Source: Sphaeroforma arctica JP610
Taxonomy: Eukaryota
Length of the DNA stretch: 48,107 bases
Assembly: GCF_001186125.1 (NCBI RefSeq)
Contig: NW_014039990.1
Coordinates: 11,343 to 59,449 of the forward strand
Direction: 5' to 3'
Shown piece by piece: positions 35,675 to 48,107 of this stretch. The notes beneath the pieces were generated by a model. That model worked only from the letters and a program-made list of their open reading frames with translations. It was not told where the DNA came from and searched no databases. The position numbers were made by a program, and so were the translations under genes. Within the stretch, counting starts at the first letter, position 1, and every line of letters starts with the position of its first letter.

Positions 35675-38600
35675 GTGAGAGTCTTGTGTCGAGTGGACCG
35701 GATATTCGTGTACTAACCTCACCAATTTCGGGCTTATTTTGACCTAAATATCGTGTAGTTTGATTTATATATCTGTAGTGACGTTGAAACAAAACATTCA
35801 CGGCACGCACTTTTCACCATCTATGCATGATATTGTACGTGTATATAGTTCGGCTCCTAGAGCTTGTTTGTTTGTTCGTGGGATAGAGTATAAACTTGCA
35901 TTCTGCACCCCTCTTGTCGAGGCCCTTGGACCCTGATAGCTTAAAAACCAATTTATAACACATAAAAACCACAATATGTTTATAGAACTTACCAGAATGC
36001 ATTTGCTTCATCATGTGCGTTTGGTTCAACAGGGGCGTTTGGTCAACCTCAGGCAGCAGCGGGTGGGTTTGGCGCCACATCGTCGGCTTTTGGGCAACCG
36101 GCGGCCGCTACCGGTGGCGGGTTCGGACAAGCCGCATCTAGTGGTTTCGGTATGCTAAGATGATAGTTATTAGCCAGAGTGATGTTGGTATATGAGGGCT
36201 GTTATAGCGGGGTTGTATTGGTTGTTAGTGTTGGACCGTTTCTAGGATGGCTTGCATTCCATGGTAGGTATTCGATGTTGGCTGTGTATGGGCGGCTATG
36301 AGCTTCTGTGTATTTATATGCGAATAGTGTACGCCCATGGGTCATTGAGGGGAGTGTGGCGATGTGGCAATGCCAGCTGCTAGCACAATACTATAGAGAC
36401 CTTTACCATGTGTGTACGGGTACCTTCAATTGGTGCTCGTGCATCATTTTGTCGCTTAGAGCTTGTGCATGTGCACGCTGTTTGGTTTTTTACTTTCTGC
36501 TTATGTCTAAGCAACATTGTTAATACGTCCATTCTGAACATCACTGTAGGTGCCGCACAGCCCAGCGGGTTTGGTGCAACATCAGGTGGATTCGGTAGCA
36601 CCAGTACAGCCACAGCCTCGCCCTTCGGGGCAAAACCGGCTCAAAACGCAGGGTTTGGGGCAAGTCCATTTGGGTCCTCGGGAGCCACGGGTGGCTCGGC
36701 TTTCGGTCAGACAGCAAATGCTGGTGGAGGCTTCGGTAGTGCGGTTAACACTGGCGGCGGGTTTGGATCTTCGACGGCGAGCGGATTCGGTACGTGGGCG
36801 AATCTGTTGCTGTCGGTTGTGCTATGAGAGGGGTGCTGGGGAAAAATACTAACTTCATGCACAATTTGTTTATTTTTTGTATTGACCATCAATATTTAGA
36901 CTATATTTGTTATGTAGACACTAGACATCACATCTAATTTGAATTTGCGCGTCCATGCTATTATGCTGTTTGATATACGAGATTTTAACTAGGTATAGCT
37001 GGAGTGAGATTAGTCTATAACTGGCTGTGCCTCGTGGGTTACGGTCTGTCCATGCGTGTAAGTCATCGTAGAGGGACCTGCTTGCGGTGTTACTTGCACC
37101 AATAAGATACTAGCATCGAGCGTGTAGAATCCATCCTATTTAGTGCGTGTGTACTCATGTGGGGTGCACAGAAACGCACCACAACCAAAGGGGCAGATGT
37201 TCCACTTTGGTTTCATGTATGCACGATTTCAAATCTGCGTGCGTGTGGCGCGTCAACGTATATGTAATTTGTGGTCAACGTATATGTAATTCAGTTCTGA
37301 TGTACATACAATGCTTCTTTATCCAAATTGCACCACAGGTGCAAAACCGTCCGCCTTTGGACAGAGTGCGACCGGCGGCGGTGGATTCGGGGCCACTTCT
37401 GGTGCGTTCGGAGGAGCGAATCATACCACTGGCTTTGGTGGTTCGTCAGGTAAGACTGTATGCTTGATACAACTGTCCAATAAACTCAAAGCCGTGTGCA
37501 AGATCGGGAGGACTAGTTTGTTTTCTAGTTCCCCTTGACTTAGTATTAAAATAAAAGGGACGCAGTGATACCAAAGACGTATCATGGCCTACAGCGCACG
37601 CCATGATCAGGGCCCGTTTATGTTGAATTGACACGTTTTACTCGTATTTATGAATGCTATCACGGTGCGAAAGGCGATGGGTATTATATCCATTATTCGA
37701 CATGGTGTGATTGAATAAACATCAAGGTAGACGATAGATATAGGTGCCTGTCTATGTTCATATGAATGTAGTGTTCCTATCGACTGGATGAGATGCGTCT
37801 GCTCGATGTCAGTGTCAAGCATTCAATCGAACGTTACTGACCATTGGGGCATTACCTGACATCCATTCAATCACAGGGTTTGGCGCCGCCAGTGGTACCA
37901 GCAACCAGCCGGGCACCGGACACACCCAATTCCAACTCACCAGATTCGACGATAACAAAACCATGGTGCAGCACACGTGCATCGCCGCCATGCCAGCCTA
38001 CGAGAACAAATGCCGGGAGGAGCTACGCTGGGAAGACTACCAGGCTAACCGGAAGGGCTCCGGTATGTCCGGCGGGTCTGTAGGGGGCGGGTTCGGTCAG
38101 ACGGCCACTTCCGCGTTTGGCCAGAGTCCAGGTACCGGATTTGGGGCAGTTGGTTCTACAGGTGGGTTTGGCTCGACTGCTGGTGCCAGCACACCGTTCG
38201 GGGCGACCTCGGCTCAAAATACTGGTCAGGGAGGTGCATTTGGGACCACTTCTTCGGGTTTTGGTGCAAGTTCGGGTGCGGGTGCGTTCGGTCAACCACA
38301 GCAGAGTTCTCCGTTTGGGGCTGCACCAGCAACCGGGGGCTTTGGCACACCAGCGGCTGGTACAACCGGGGCGTTTGGTGGAGGTAGTACGGGAGGTGGA
38401 TTTGGGTTCTCTACCGGCGGCTTTGGGGCAAGTACACCTGCTGCGACGGGCGGGTTCGGTAGCACTACTGGTGCGTTTGGGTCAACTCCGGGAGGTGGGT
38501 TTGGTCAGGCAGCCCAGAATACGACTTTGTCCGGAGGTTTCGGGGCATTGGGAGGCAATACAACCACCAGCGCCTTCGGCCAAGCCACACCCGCCGCCAA

Positions 38601-41220
38601 TACCACAACCAATGCCTTTGGACAGAGTGCGGGGGTATCTGCATTTGGCACACCTCAACCAGCCGCCACCTCGGCGTTTGGTGGGGGTGGATTCGGCCAG
38701 GCAGCGCAACAGGCGCGAACGGGCCAGACCTTGGGCTTCGGTCAGAGTGCGACTACCAACGCCACAAACACGGGCGGAGGTCCCTTTGGAAGCACAGCCC
38801 AACCCGCTGCGGCCACGGGTGGGTTTGGTGCACCGGCCAGTAATTCCTTTGGTGGCGCGACAGGCATGACAAGCTTCACACCCAATGGGAGCGCACAGCC
38901 TTTCGGACAAACGGCTCAAAACCAGGCGGGCTCAGGTGCCACTGGGACGCCATCTGGAGGGCTCTTCGGCGCGAACAACAACACCACGAATAGTTCCACT
39001 CCCGCGGGTGGGTTGTTTGGCCAGCAAGCTACTGGTGCTGCATCCCAGACTGCCGGCGGAGGTTTCAGCGGGACCTCTGGCGGATTTGGAGCCACAACTG
39101 GAGGAGGCTTCGGAGCAAGTACGCAGACCCAGGGTACTGGTACAAGTGCTGGGGGCCTATTTTCCACGCCCAGTAAGCCTACTGGTGGTTTCGGCGGTGG
39201 TGCGTTTGGGGCGGGGGCCACACCCGGAACGGGTCTGGGAACGAACCCTGCACAGACACCACAGCAAGGCACTTTCGGTGGCTTTGGCGGCGCGACTACT
39301 CAGGCGCCGACACAAGGACAGACTCAGGCACAGGCACAGTCGCTACCACAGACACTAACACAGACACAGACACAGACACAAGCACCGACAAATGCGTTTG
39401 GTCTGCAGCTGGGAACGGGTGGTGCACAGCCACAACAGCAAGTACAGGGATTTGGTACGGCTGCAGTCTCTGGCCAGCCCTCGTCGGCCCTCACAGGCAA
39501 CAGTGGACAGGCAGGAGGGGCAGGTCCTGGCGGCAGTGACAACTCGGCGGCTCGGGAAGAGTTGCGGAAACAGTCGCAACTACAGCAGAAGCACAAGGAG
39601 CAGCAGCGTCGGGCCAAGCAGAATGAGAGCAAGCCACAACAGTACCCGTTCTACGCGTACACTCCCCCCAGCACCCAGAAGGTGCGGTCGTGTGTGCGCA
39701 ACTACGGAGAGCCCGATGCCATCAGCACGGCGTTCTGGCAGGGCAACCAAGCCCATACACTGCAACGGGCCACGCCCAGCAGTCACCTACAGCTGCACCC
39801 GCTGGGCAGTCACAGGACCACGCAAATGGAGCTCAGAGTGGGAGGCAGTGCGCAGGCCAAGGAGAGCGCAAGCAACGGCAAGCCGGCGACCACCAGCACA
39901 CCCAACGCGGCACAACAGCGGGACGGTGAAGGGCAGGACAAAGAGGCGCCCAACACTGCGCTGAAAGCGGACAGGGCCGGGGGTGAGGGCAGGGCGAGAG
40001 GTTCGCAGGACGGGTCAAGTGGGGCTACGACCACTGCGGCGACCACAGCTGTGCCGAAGGCATCCAGTGGAGCGGAAGACAAGGACAAGGACAAGGAGAA
40101 GGGTGCACAGGGCGGGGACAATCGCAAGGACGGGCCGGCCCAGCCTGCCAGCCGGCTGCACAGTTTTAACCGACCCAATCCGAGTACGAAGCAGCCGCTA
40201 GACCCAACCAACAGTACGAGCACCGCTACCGCCAAGACCCACACCACCGCCAGTGCGAACATGAGTATGAAGAGCCTGGCGTCCTCGCTGGACGGTGTGG
40301 CCCGGTCGAACTTGCATATCCCACCGCCAACCCAGACTAACACCCACACACAGACCCAGACACAGCTGCACGCACAAGGGCTCGGGGGGGGCTTGACTAC
40401 ACCCATCCGGTCCAGGCCTCACTCGGCTCAGGCGGCCAAGTTCTTCACCCCGCCACCCTCTGTCACCAATCTGGACCTGGACTACGTGACAGGGTCGCTG
40501 AATGTGGGTGGGCTGGGAGTGCCCCGCGGGATTCACAGTATCAGCAACCCGCACCTCGTGGGGGTGGGTGTGGGTGTGGGTGTGGGCGTGGGGGCAGGTG
40601 CGAACAGCGCGGCCCTGCGGAACCACCGCAACAAGCCCAACTACCGGCTGTTTGAAATCACGCCGGGCGTAGACATGCACACACAGCCGTCCCTGCCTGA
40701 GCTGCAGGACATGACGCTGGCGCAGCTGTCGCACGTGGAGGACTTCACCATCATCAGCGCAGACTTCGGGAAGATCATGTTCAACCGCCCCGTGAACGTC
40801 GCCAGTCTGCGGGAGCTGCACCGCAATGCGCCGTTGGATGCGGTCGTGTGCTTTGCACGCAAGCAGGTGGAGGTGTACGAGTGCCCGGAGAAAGGCGGGT
40901 TCACCAAGCCCCTGCCCGGCACGGGGCTTAATCTGCCGGCCAGGATTACACTGTTCGATTGCTACCCGAAGCATAATGGGGATAGTCGACCGGCCGTACT
41001 GAGCTTTGATCCCGCAGAGAAGTCGCGGTGGGAGAGGACTCTGGGCCGGGCGTGTGAGACGGTTAGAGCGGAGAAGTCCGTGTTTGACTGGGACACGGGG
41101 AGATGGTCCTTTGATGTGAAGCACTTCTCCAGAGATCAGGACAACGACGACGACAAGGACGACAAGGAGGAGGAGTCTGTGGTGGGCGATGGCCACCGTG
41201 ATGAGAAGACGGGGGTATGA
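35624..41220 (+). CDS. NUP98: Nucleoporin Nup98 (FG repeats, GLEBS Rae1-binding motif, autoproteolytic domain), multi-exon; start exon not located
   Basis: Exons 35624-35674, 36033-36149, 36550-36789, 37339-37449 and 37877-41220 join in frame through GT-AG introns. GLEBS CIAAMPAYENKCREELRWEDY. C-terminal QPSLPEL..VEDFTI...FGKIMF..VEVY..KPLPGTGLNLPARITL..GRWSFDVKHFS. Confidence 0.95.
36033..36149 (+). CDS. NUP98: NUP98 internal FG exon (117 nt)
   Basis: CAG acceptor, GTATG donor. AFGQP/GGFG repeats. Confidence 0.88.
36550..36789 (+). CDS. NUP98: NUP98 internal FG exon (240 nt)
   Basis: TAG acceptor, GTACG donor. GGFG/SPFG repeats. Confidence 0.9.
37339..37449 (+). CDS. NUP98: NUP98 internal FG exon (111 nt)
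   Basis: CAG acceptor, GTAAG donor. Confidence 0.9.
37877..41220 (+). CDS. NUP98: NUP98 large exon: GLEBS, FG region, linker and autoproteolytic domain with HFS
   Basis: CAG acceptor at 37876, in frame with ORF 37963-41220. HFS codons at 41122-41130. Confidence 0.95.
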
Positions 41221-43584
41221 GAAGAGACGGAGTTAAAAAGGAATCGGGGACGTGGCGTGGTCGTACTGTGCGTAGGTCAGTTGCCGTGCAGCAGCAGATC
41301 AGGACCTGATGGGGCATAGTGGACTAAACTTTAGTTTCTGGGAGTGTAGCGCTCGGCCTGAGGCGTTGTGCAGGGGACATCTATCAATGATCTTGGCTTG
41401 TCAGGCGCGTTTCAACACAAACACGGGTGTGTGGATGTACTGCGTATGGTACAAATTCGTGGGAGTGACCAATTAGTATCAAGATGAGAGACAAATACCA
41501 GGCATACGATAGCAAGCATTTCTCTCCAGAGCCTAACCGGGTGGGGGCGGAAATGAACAAAGACTGCCAATCAGTGCGAGTTTCGACATCGCAGATGTAC
41601 ACTGTTTATGCGCTCCCATTGCGTCCGTTGTACACAAACACAAACGTATTTGTTAGTACGGCGGCGGACAACGAGAACGTGTTGGGGATATTGTTTATCG
41701 TTTCGTATGTTGGGCGTCTCCTCGCACTAGCAGCTTACCTGATTAAAAGTATCACGGACGTGCGCGATAGAAACGGTTATATACAGCAAACACGAACGAG
41801 CGTGGCACTAAATACGAGAGCATGCGTATGACGGCTGTGTGATACGATTGTTTGTTGCAACAACCATGACCAAGCCGGCAGACATGTGTAGTTGGACTCC
41901 AGAGGCCCCACTTTGTCCTGTAGTCCGGAATCCCTAAAACGAGGGCAGAGGGCTGAGTCTCGACGTTGTCCCAGTTTAACTAGCTGCTAAAGAGGTACGA
42001 TAGAAGCAATCAGCTCAACTCAGTGCAGATGCACCTCTACTTAGAATACATAGGCAGTGGGGTATCTTTGTTGAGTGGGTGGTGTTATAGGTAATATATG
42101 TATAGACAAATAAACACAAATGAAGACTGTTCCTTGGTCATTTGTTACAGTTGCGTTACTGTTAATAGTATGGGCTGGTCTTCGCCTTGCGACGTGACAA
42201 GAACCATTTATGGAACACTACTAAGTTTCGAACCGGAGTTGACCATGTGGATTCATTGTGGAGTACCCAAAGGAGGTGCAAATCAATATGCCCGGGCATC
42301 TGGGCATGTATGGATGCAAGTAAGGATTTATGTGTTAATGTATGTATGGATGTCCACGTATATTATATTTAGTTTGCGCGAAAAATCGGTAGGCGAGCAG
42401 TATACACATGTCGGTGGTACGGTCTTTTGAGCCCTACAGTTTGCTATGAATTTATAAACATACTATCTGATGGGGCCTATACCCCTGCCCATAGCCAGAT
42501 CGCGGCGTTTCGGGCCTATTACTACTGACTTAAACTCATCTGTTGTGGCCTGTGAGAGGTCGAGGGCCCCTTTGTCACCAAGGATAGCAGGTGTTGTGTT
42601 GCAATGTGTGTATGCATGCTCACAGCAGTCTCTCCATAGATAGAATACAGTGTGGTGTATGGCCTGATCACCCCACAGCGTTACTATCAATGAGACAGTT
42701 AACTAGAGGGAAGGTAGTCAACACTGCGCGGCTAAATAGGCCCTTTTTTTGGGGTGGGGGGTGGGGGGGTGTTGATGTCGTAGCCTCCCAAATCAAACAT
42801 AGAAGGCTATGACGTAGCATCACTTGTTACTGTCCGTGGAACTCGATTAACCGCTGAGCATGTGCACATAACTGGCCTAAACATCTACTCGACAGACAGC
42901 TCACGAGCGACGGACTACAACCGACTGTTTATTTGTCTACTATCGGCTGCAGCCTATTTTATTTCAAAAGCAAATCTGTATCGTAGAACTATCGACCTGC
43001 CAACTCGTATGCTTCGGGTTCCGAGATGGATGCACTTAAAAGGCAAAGTTTTCGACTGACCAATCAGAATGCGTGGATTTAAACTACTTAATCTGAACAA
43101 AATCATTTGCCGTACATAGCCCTTCAGACTATGCAGGCGTACTCGGCTACTGCGCCTGAAGCGGTGCGCGTAATGAGCTATTGCAATTTCCAGTAGAATT
43201 ATAGCCCGCTGACACCGAGACGAAGATAATCAGTCACTACATCAGGACTTCGATCGACTAATATTTAATGTTCGTTACAGTATTTGTGGTGTGAGCAGTC
43301 TGAAGTGGTCCAGGCGATGTTAGACGTACCAACCGGATGCTGAGATGCTGTGGACAAACTCGTGGGAAATGTCGTAAACTCTATCAGCGCAAACACACGT
43401 ACTGTTGCAAACGTGGATGTCTGCAAATCGTCACATATTCCGACGTCGCAGATGACTTGTCGTAAACCCCCATCCCCTTCGCCGGTGAGCATCGGCGGGT
43501 GATATAAACATGTGAAATCAACGTGTTCGCAAAGTTGCACTGCACTCGCCTTCACGCTGAGCCGAAGCCGTCGGAGGGCAATTC

Positions 43585-43845
43585 ACTCATACCTACTAAT
43601 ACCTTGGATTCATAAACACTAGTACCTTAGATCCCTATGGCCCCGTTTTGTTTTGGTTGGGGTGGTACCGTACTGGCCTAAGCGGCAAAGAAGTCATACC
43701 TACCAATACCTTGGATTCATATACACTTATACCTCAGATAGATCCCTATGGCCCCGTTTTGGTTTGGGTTGGCTTGGTTGAGGTGGGACCGTACTGGCCT
43801 AAGCGGCAAAGAAGTCATACCTACCAATACCTTGGATTCATACAC
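43585..43845. repeat. Tandem repeat of ~105-120-bp units (about 2.3 copies)
   Basis: TCATACCTACCAATACCTTGGATTCAT...AGATCCCTATGGCCCCGTTTTG...CCGTACTGGCCTAAGCGGCAAAGAAG is repeated. Confidence 0.9.
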
Positions 43846-43943
43846 TCTCACAGATGTGCTACCACAGACTCACAAGTGTGCTACCACAGACTCACAGGAT
43901 TGCTACCACAGACTTTACAGGATTGCTACCACAGACCCACAGG
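43845..43943. repeat. ~20-bp minisatellite
   Basis: TGCTACCACAGACTCACA(A/G)G units. Confidence 0.9.
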
Positions 43944-44724
43944 TTTGTGGTTTGTGGGCTACGACTGGGCCTTCTCCGAGATGAATGATTCTCAGGTGCA
44001 CATCGGTTCGGACATATTTTTACCTCCGCAGCATAGGATGGGACCATGCAGTGTTGTCACGTACAGTGTTGTCAGGGTACTGGGGGAAGAGGGAGTATAT
44101 AGATCATTCCCCGCATTCCGTCTCTGATCCCGTTGACATTTTCACTCCTTTTTGGTTATTGACACACTTCTTGACCTATATATATATATATATATATAGA
44201 TATATATAAGGTTGACACCGCTTTCGAGCCTGCCACAGTACCAAAGCACAACCTGAGACGTGTCGACGAGAAAACCCGAGCAACAAACGTTGCTATTCAT
44301 AAAAGCGTTGAGAGTAAGATGTCATTGCGAGGTCAAGCACTACGTTGGCACCATCACTACACAACGAGTGAGTGTGATTGTTGTTTGCCATATGTATCCT
44401 TTTAGCGAATTCGAGGATGCGGGTCTGAGGTGTGAGCATATGAGTACACCATTCCGTAAAGTAGACCAGCTTGCAAGTCGGTACCGAACTTCACCGAAGA
44501 TCGATCAAACTCAAAGAGGTCTTGAAATCGCCTGGCTGGAAGTATCAGACTTCGTACGCACACCTGATATCCCCTACAACCCTATACGTCCCTATACAAT
44601 ACAATCCACAACCCTAGAAGCAAGGAAGTCTTGCGTCACCAAGGTCGAAGGCAGAGCGTCGGCGAATGCGAAAGGTTCGATTGTGAACGCCCATAAACAG
44701 CATGTCCGTGGCAGCGTCAGGGTA

Positions 44725-44930
44725 CACTCGAGAGATCTAGTTTCTTCCTTTTACCGGGCTTACTGTCTGTTCACTCGAGATAAATGGCTTTTCCTTATAC
44801 TGGGGTCAGTGTCCACTTGAGATAAATGGCATTTTTTCTTATACTGGGTTTAGTGTCCACTCGAAAGAACTAGTTTCTTCCTTATACTGGGCTTAGTGTC
44901 CCTTCGAAAGAACTAGTTTTTTCCTTATAA
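44725..44930. repeat. ~40-bp minisatellite
   Basis: CACTCGAGA...TTCCTTATACTGGG..TAGTGTC units. Confidence 0.8.
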
Positions 44931-47080
44931 TAGGTCCCGTGTGCCACAGCACATCCTCGTCATCCACTAGCAGCACGGAGATGAGCGCATCCACCCGTTC
45001 CAATCCTGCAGACCAAGGACGAGCATTAACAACCCAACCCAACCCAACCCAACCCAAACCAAAACAAAACAAAACAAAACAAAACAAAACAAACCAAACC
45101 AAACCAAACCAAACCAAAGTAAAACACAGCAAAGCTCACAAAACGGAATGAAACCACACGAGGCCCCTGGACTTACCCGCCGGAAACTCAGCGACCAGCT
45201 GCTGCAGCGATATGACAAAAGTGCCGCTGGTGTAGCCCAGCTTAAACGACTCGCGCACACGCACGACCACCGGCGCGTGTGCATGTGCTACACCTGTATG
45301 AGCATAGGAGGCCGAAGGGTGCCCGTCCGTGGCTGTAGTGGCTGTAGTGTACTTGCCCATGTACGTCTGGAAGACCCCGGGGGTGTGTCCTATAGACGCG
45401 TGCGTGTGCGTGCGTGCGTGTGTGTGCGTCTGCATGGGCTTGTGCTTGCTCGCGAGTGTGTGGGGAGTGAGTTGCGCCACGACTTGACAGCCCTTGATGC
45501 GGTACTTAGCCGCTAGTTGATGTGCGGAGCAGCCTGTTTACGGGTGGGGGGTTGGGTTTTTTATCAGTATAAACGAGGTTTCTCTCTCTCGATGTTTCAG
45601 GGGTTGGCGGTAGTGGTATACCAGTCAGATTAAGCCGTTGGGTGTCTGTAGTATACAGACGGGCGGATAACAACTCACTACCGCTAGTTTGTACGAAACA
45701 GCCAGTGGGTTTCTAGGGTTTGAGGATTCGGTGGTGGTTGTGTGTTTAGGTACGTAGGCCATATACATACAAATATACAAATACAAATGCATATACTTGG
45801 TACTTATACATACATACATGTGCAGGTCTGTTCATACACGAATTAGCGAGGGCCGTGCATAAACAAATTGCGGCCAGAGTATGGAATAGCCTGGCATAAG
45901 AGTTTAGGGTCCTAAGTGTTCTGGGTCTGAGTTCCGAATATCAGCCGCCTGTTCCTTACACCTCATGCGTGTGATGGTCATTGGACTCGTACGTGTTTGT
46001 GACGGGGTGATTGGGTGGGCTAGGGCATACAAGGCAGTTCAAAGTACAGCTGCTACGGAGGAGTCCACTGCACAACCCAAGAACAAGAAAGGCTCAGCTC
46101 CACACTTCCAGCCCTTTTTTATATAGGGGTTTAGGGTTTTAAGGTTTACCGGGGTTGTGCTGTGTACCTACCTGTGCTTAGTTGAGGTTCATCCACAAAC
46201 CGCCGTCACCCCTTAGACAACCCGGAGTACACGATCAGTTGGTGGAAAGTGGCTCTGTATAAGCATGCATGCATGTATACGTACATCCACGAACATACAG
46301 TCGATATGAATGTAACCAAACACACGCGTGCACACGGATACGGCGCTTACCCGCCACAGACGCCATCACCACCTCCACTGACAGTTCGGGACTAAGGCTG
46401 GCGTTGACGTGAATCTGATCCTTGCTGTCTGAAGGAGGACTCACGGTGACCTATGGAATGGGGTCAGGAGGGCTGCGGTAAGAAGCATGCACTACGAGTG
46501 ATGCTCAAGCGGCTTAGTGTGCGAGGCACAGACAGACTTTTGGACGAACAGGTAGGTATGTATCTATATATGGATGTACACCAATGTACACTACCTTATA
46601 ACAGCCATATATACACACGGGTAGGTATGAATCTATATGTGTATGTGCACCAATATGTACTACCATGTAACAGTCCTATATACACACGGGTAGGTATGAA
46701 TCTATAGGTGTATGTGCACAAACGTACACTACCTTATAACAGACCTATATACACACGGGTAGGTATGAATCTATAGGTGTATGTACACCAATGAATTCCA
46801 CCTTATAAGAGCCCCATATATACACGGGTAGGCATGGATCTATAGGTGTACGTACACCAATGTATACTACCGTATACTTGTCCGGCAAATCCACGAGCCT
46901 GTACGCCAAACATATACTACAGATAGACACAATCATACACATAAAGCACAGACCACAACACACATTAGAAACACCTCAGACTACACAAGAACACTGTAGA
47001 TGTGTGATAAAAACCGACAGCAACAGCCATGCATACTACGCACATACCAAACGCACACACACAACATATCAAACATACAT

Positions 47081-47117
<37 letters not shown>

Positions 47118-47549
47118 ACACATACCAAACTCATATGCACACACACACATACCAAACTCATATGCACACACACACATACCAAACTCATATGCACACACAC
47201 ACATACCAAACACAACACAAACAACACACACAACATACATCCAATCGAACCCTGCTCTGCGACTGGAAAAAGTACTTAGGCAGTCCCACCGGCATCCGCA
47301 CGAGCGACCATAGGGCCATCAGCATGTACTGCACCCGTTCATTGGCCCTAATCTGGACTGTCCCGGGTGCAACGGTTAGGACCGCCTGACGCACGTGTTC
47401 GCATGCGCTGAGGTATTGCTGTGTGCACACACGCCCATGCCCGTGTCCACTCCCGCCTGCGGGGGTTGGGGGGCTTTTGCGGTCGAGTGAGCGGGTGGGG
47501 TTGGTACCTTTTGCGGCTTCCTGTTCCAGGGAGACCTGTGGGCTGGTGT
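44893..47549 (-). CDS. Putative multi-exon gene of unknown product, convergent with NUP98; exon chain not fully resolved
   Basis: GC-richer coding-like blocks bounded by splice signals on the minus strand: ~47549-47276 (VLTVAPGTVQIRANERVQYMLMALWSLVRMPVGLP), 46450-46351, ~45500-45177 (RVRESFKLGYTSGTFVISLQQLVAEFP|gtaag) and ~45007-44893 (LERVDALISVLLVDDEDVLWH). Exon phases could not all be reconciled. Confidence 0.4.
45030..45120. repeat. (AACCC)/(AAAAC)/(AAACC) pentanucleotide microsatellite
   Basis: Seen directly. Confidence 0.95.
46548..46870. repeat. ~70-bp minisatellite
   Basis: ACACGGGTAGGTATGAATCTATAGGTGTATGT.CACCAATG...CCTTATAA units, about 4.5 copies. Confidence 0.9.
47084..47240. 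repeat. (CA)n plus 26-bp tandem repeat
   Basis: CACACACACACATACCAAACTCATATG-like unit occurs three times. Confidence 0.9.
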
Positions 47550-48107
47550 CTGCGGGGGTTGGGTAGGTAGAATCAGAATAGAACAAAAGAAGGAGAGTGA
47601 GCTATAGGGCCATACGAATGCCGAGGCATAGCACATTCAACAGAAACCAACGCAGCGCTCAGCTGTAGCTGTTAAACCTGATGATCCTGATGTACGTAGG
47701 TAATATAAGTGAACGAGACCGCCCTTGTGACTGTGGTGGTATGGTTGCCGAAGCATAGCAGGCGTCTCGAGAAAGTGTGGTTGAAAGCTGCTGCAAGGAA
47801 TGGGAAAGTGCATTTGGCCATGCAAATGTGGGCACGAGACTCGCGGATTGTATCTGAGCTCGCAAATCCTTCAGGTATAGACCGAAGGATGGTACAAAAC
47901 TATTCATTCAAACGCTTCTACTTGGGTTGGTAATTGAAATGTGTCCAAAGTATGGGTATTTTACACTTGTACTACAGTCCACACGATATAAAAGCAAGTA
48001 TATAAAAGCAAGTATATAAAAGCATATACATATATAAATATATATATATATGTATACACACACACACACACACACACACATACACACACACACACATATA
48101 ATATATA

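Noticed and set aside
38023..41196. Long antisense and alternate-frame ORFs over NUP98 (e.g. 40198-41196 minus, 38117-38869 plus)
   Set aside because: Shadow ORFs of a GC-rich, repetitive coding exon with no independent motifs.
43585..46870. CRISPR-like arrays among the tandem repeats
   Set aside because: Units repeat along their whole length with no unique spacers, the context is eukaryotic, and there are no cas genes.

Overview
Eukaryotic, intron-containing, (TA)n/(CA)n-rich draft-assembly DNA with four short N gaps. The lineage cannot be fixed from the sequence; the style is compatible with a unicellular holozoan such as an ichthyosporean, which is inference only. The first ~33 kb is a graveyard of decayed transposons: a Ty3/gypsy pol fragment, a THAP + DDE_Tnp_4 (PIF/Harbinger-ISL2EU type) transposase, a Ty1/copia fragment and a LINE. 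The LINE region is interrupted by a 2-kb chromodomain mini-LTR element (TSD ACGT) and a full-length 7.4-kb copia (TSD CCAGT) that itself holds two solo LTRs. An intron-containing Mutator (MULE) transposase follows, with a Ulp1-type protease domain downstream. The only clearly intact host gene is a multi-exon NUP98 (35.6-41.2 kb: FG repeats, GLEBS, autoproteolytic HFS) that stops about 30 codons after HFS with no visible Nup96. A probable unidentified minus-strand gene lies at the right end. The best candidate for an undescribed system is in the full-length copia: a DIRS/phage-Dam-like N6-adenine methyltransferase domain is embedded in the Pol reading frame, between the HH and CC halves of the integrase zinc finger.
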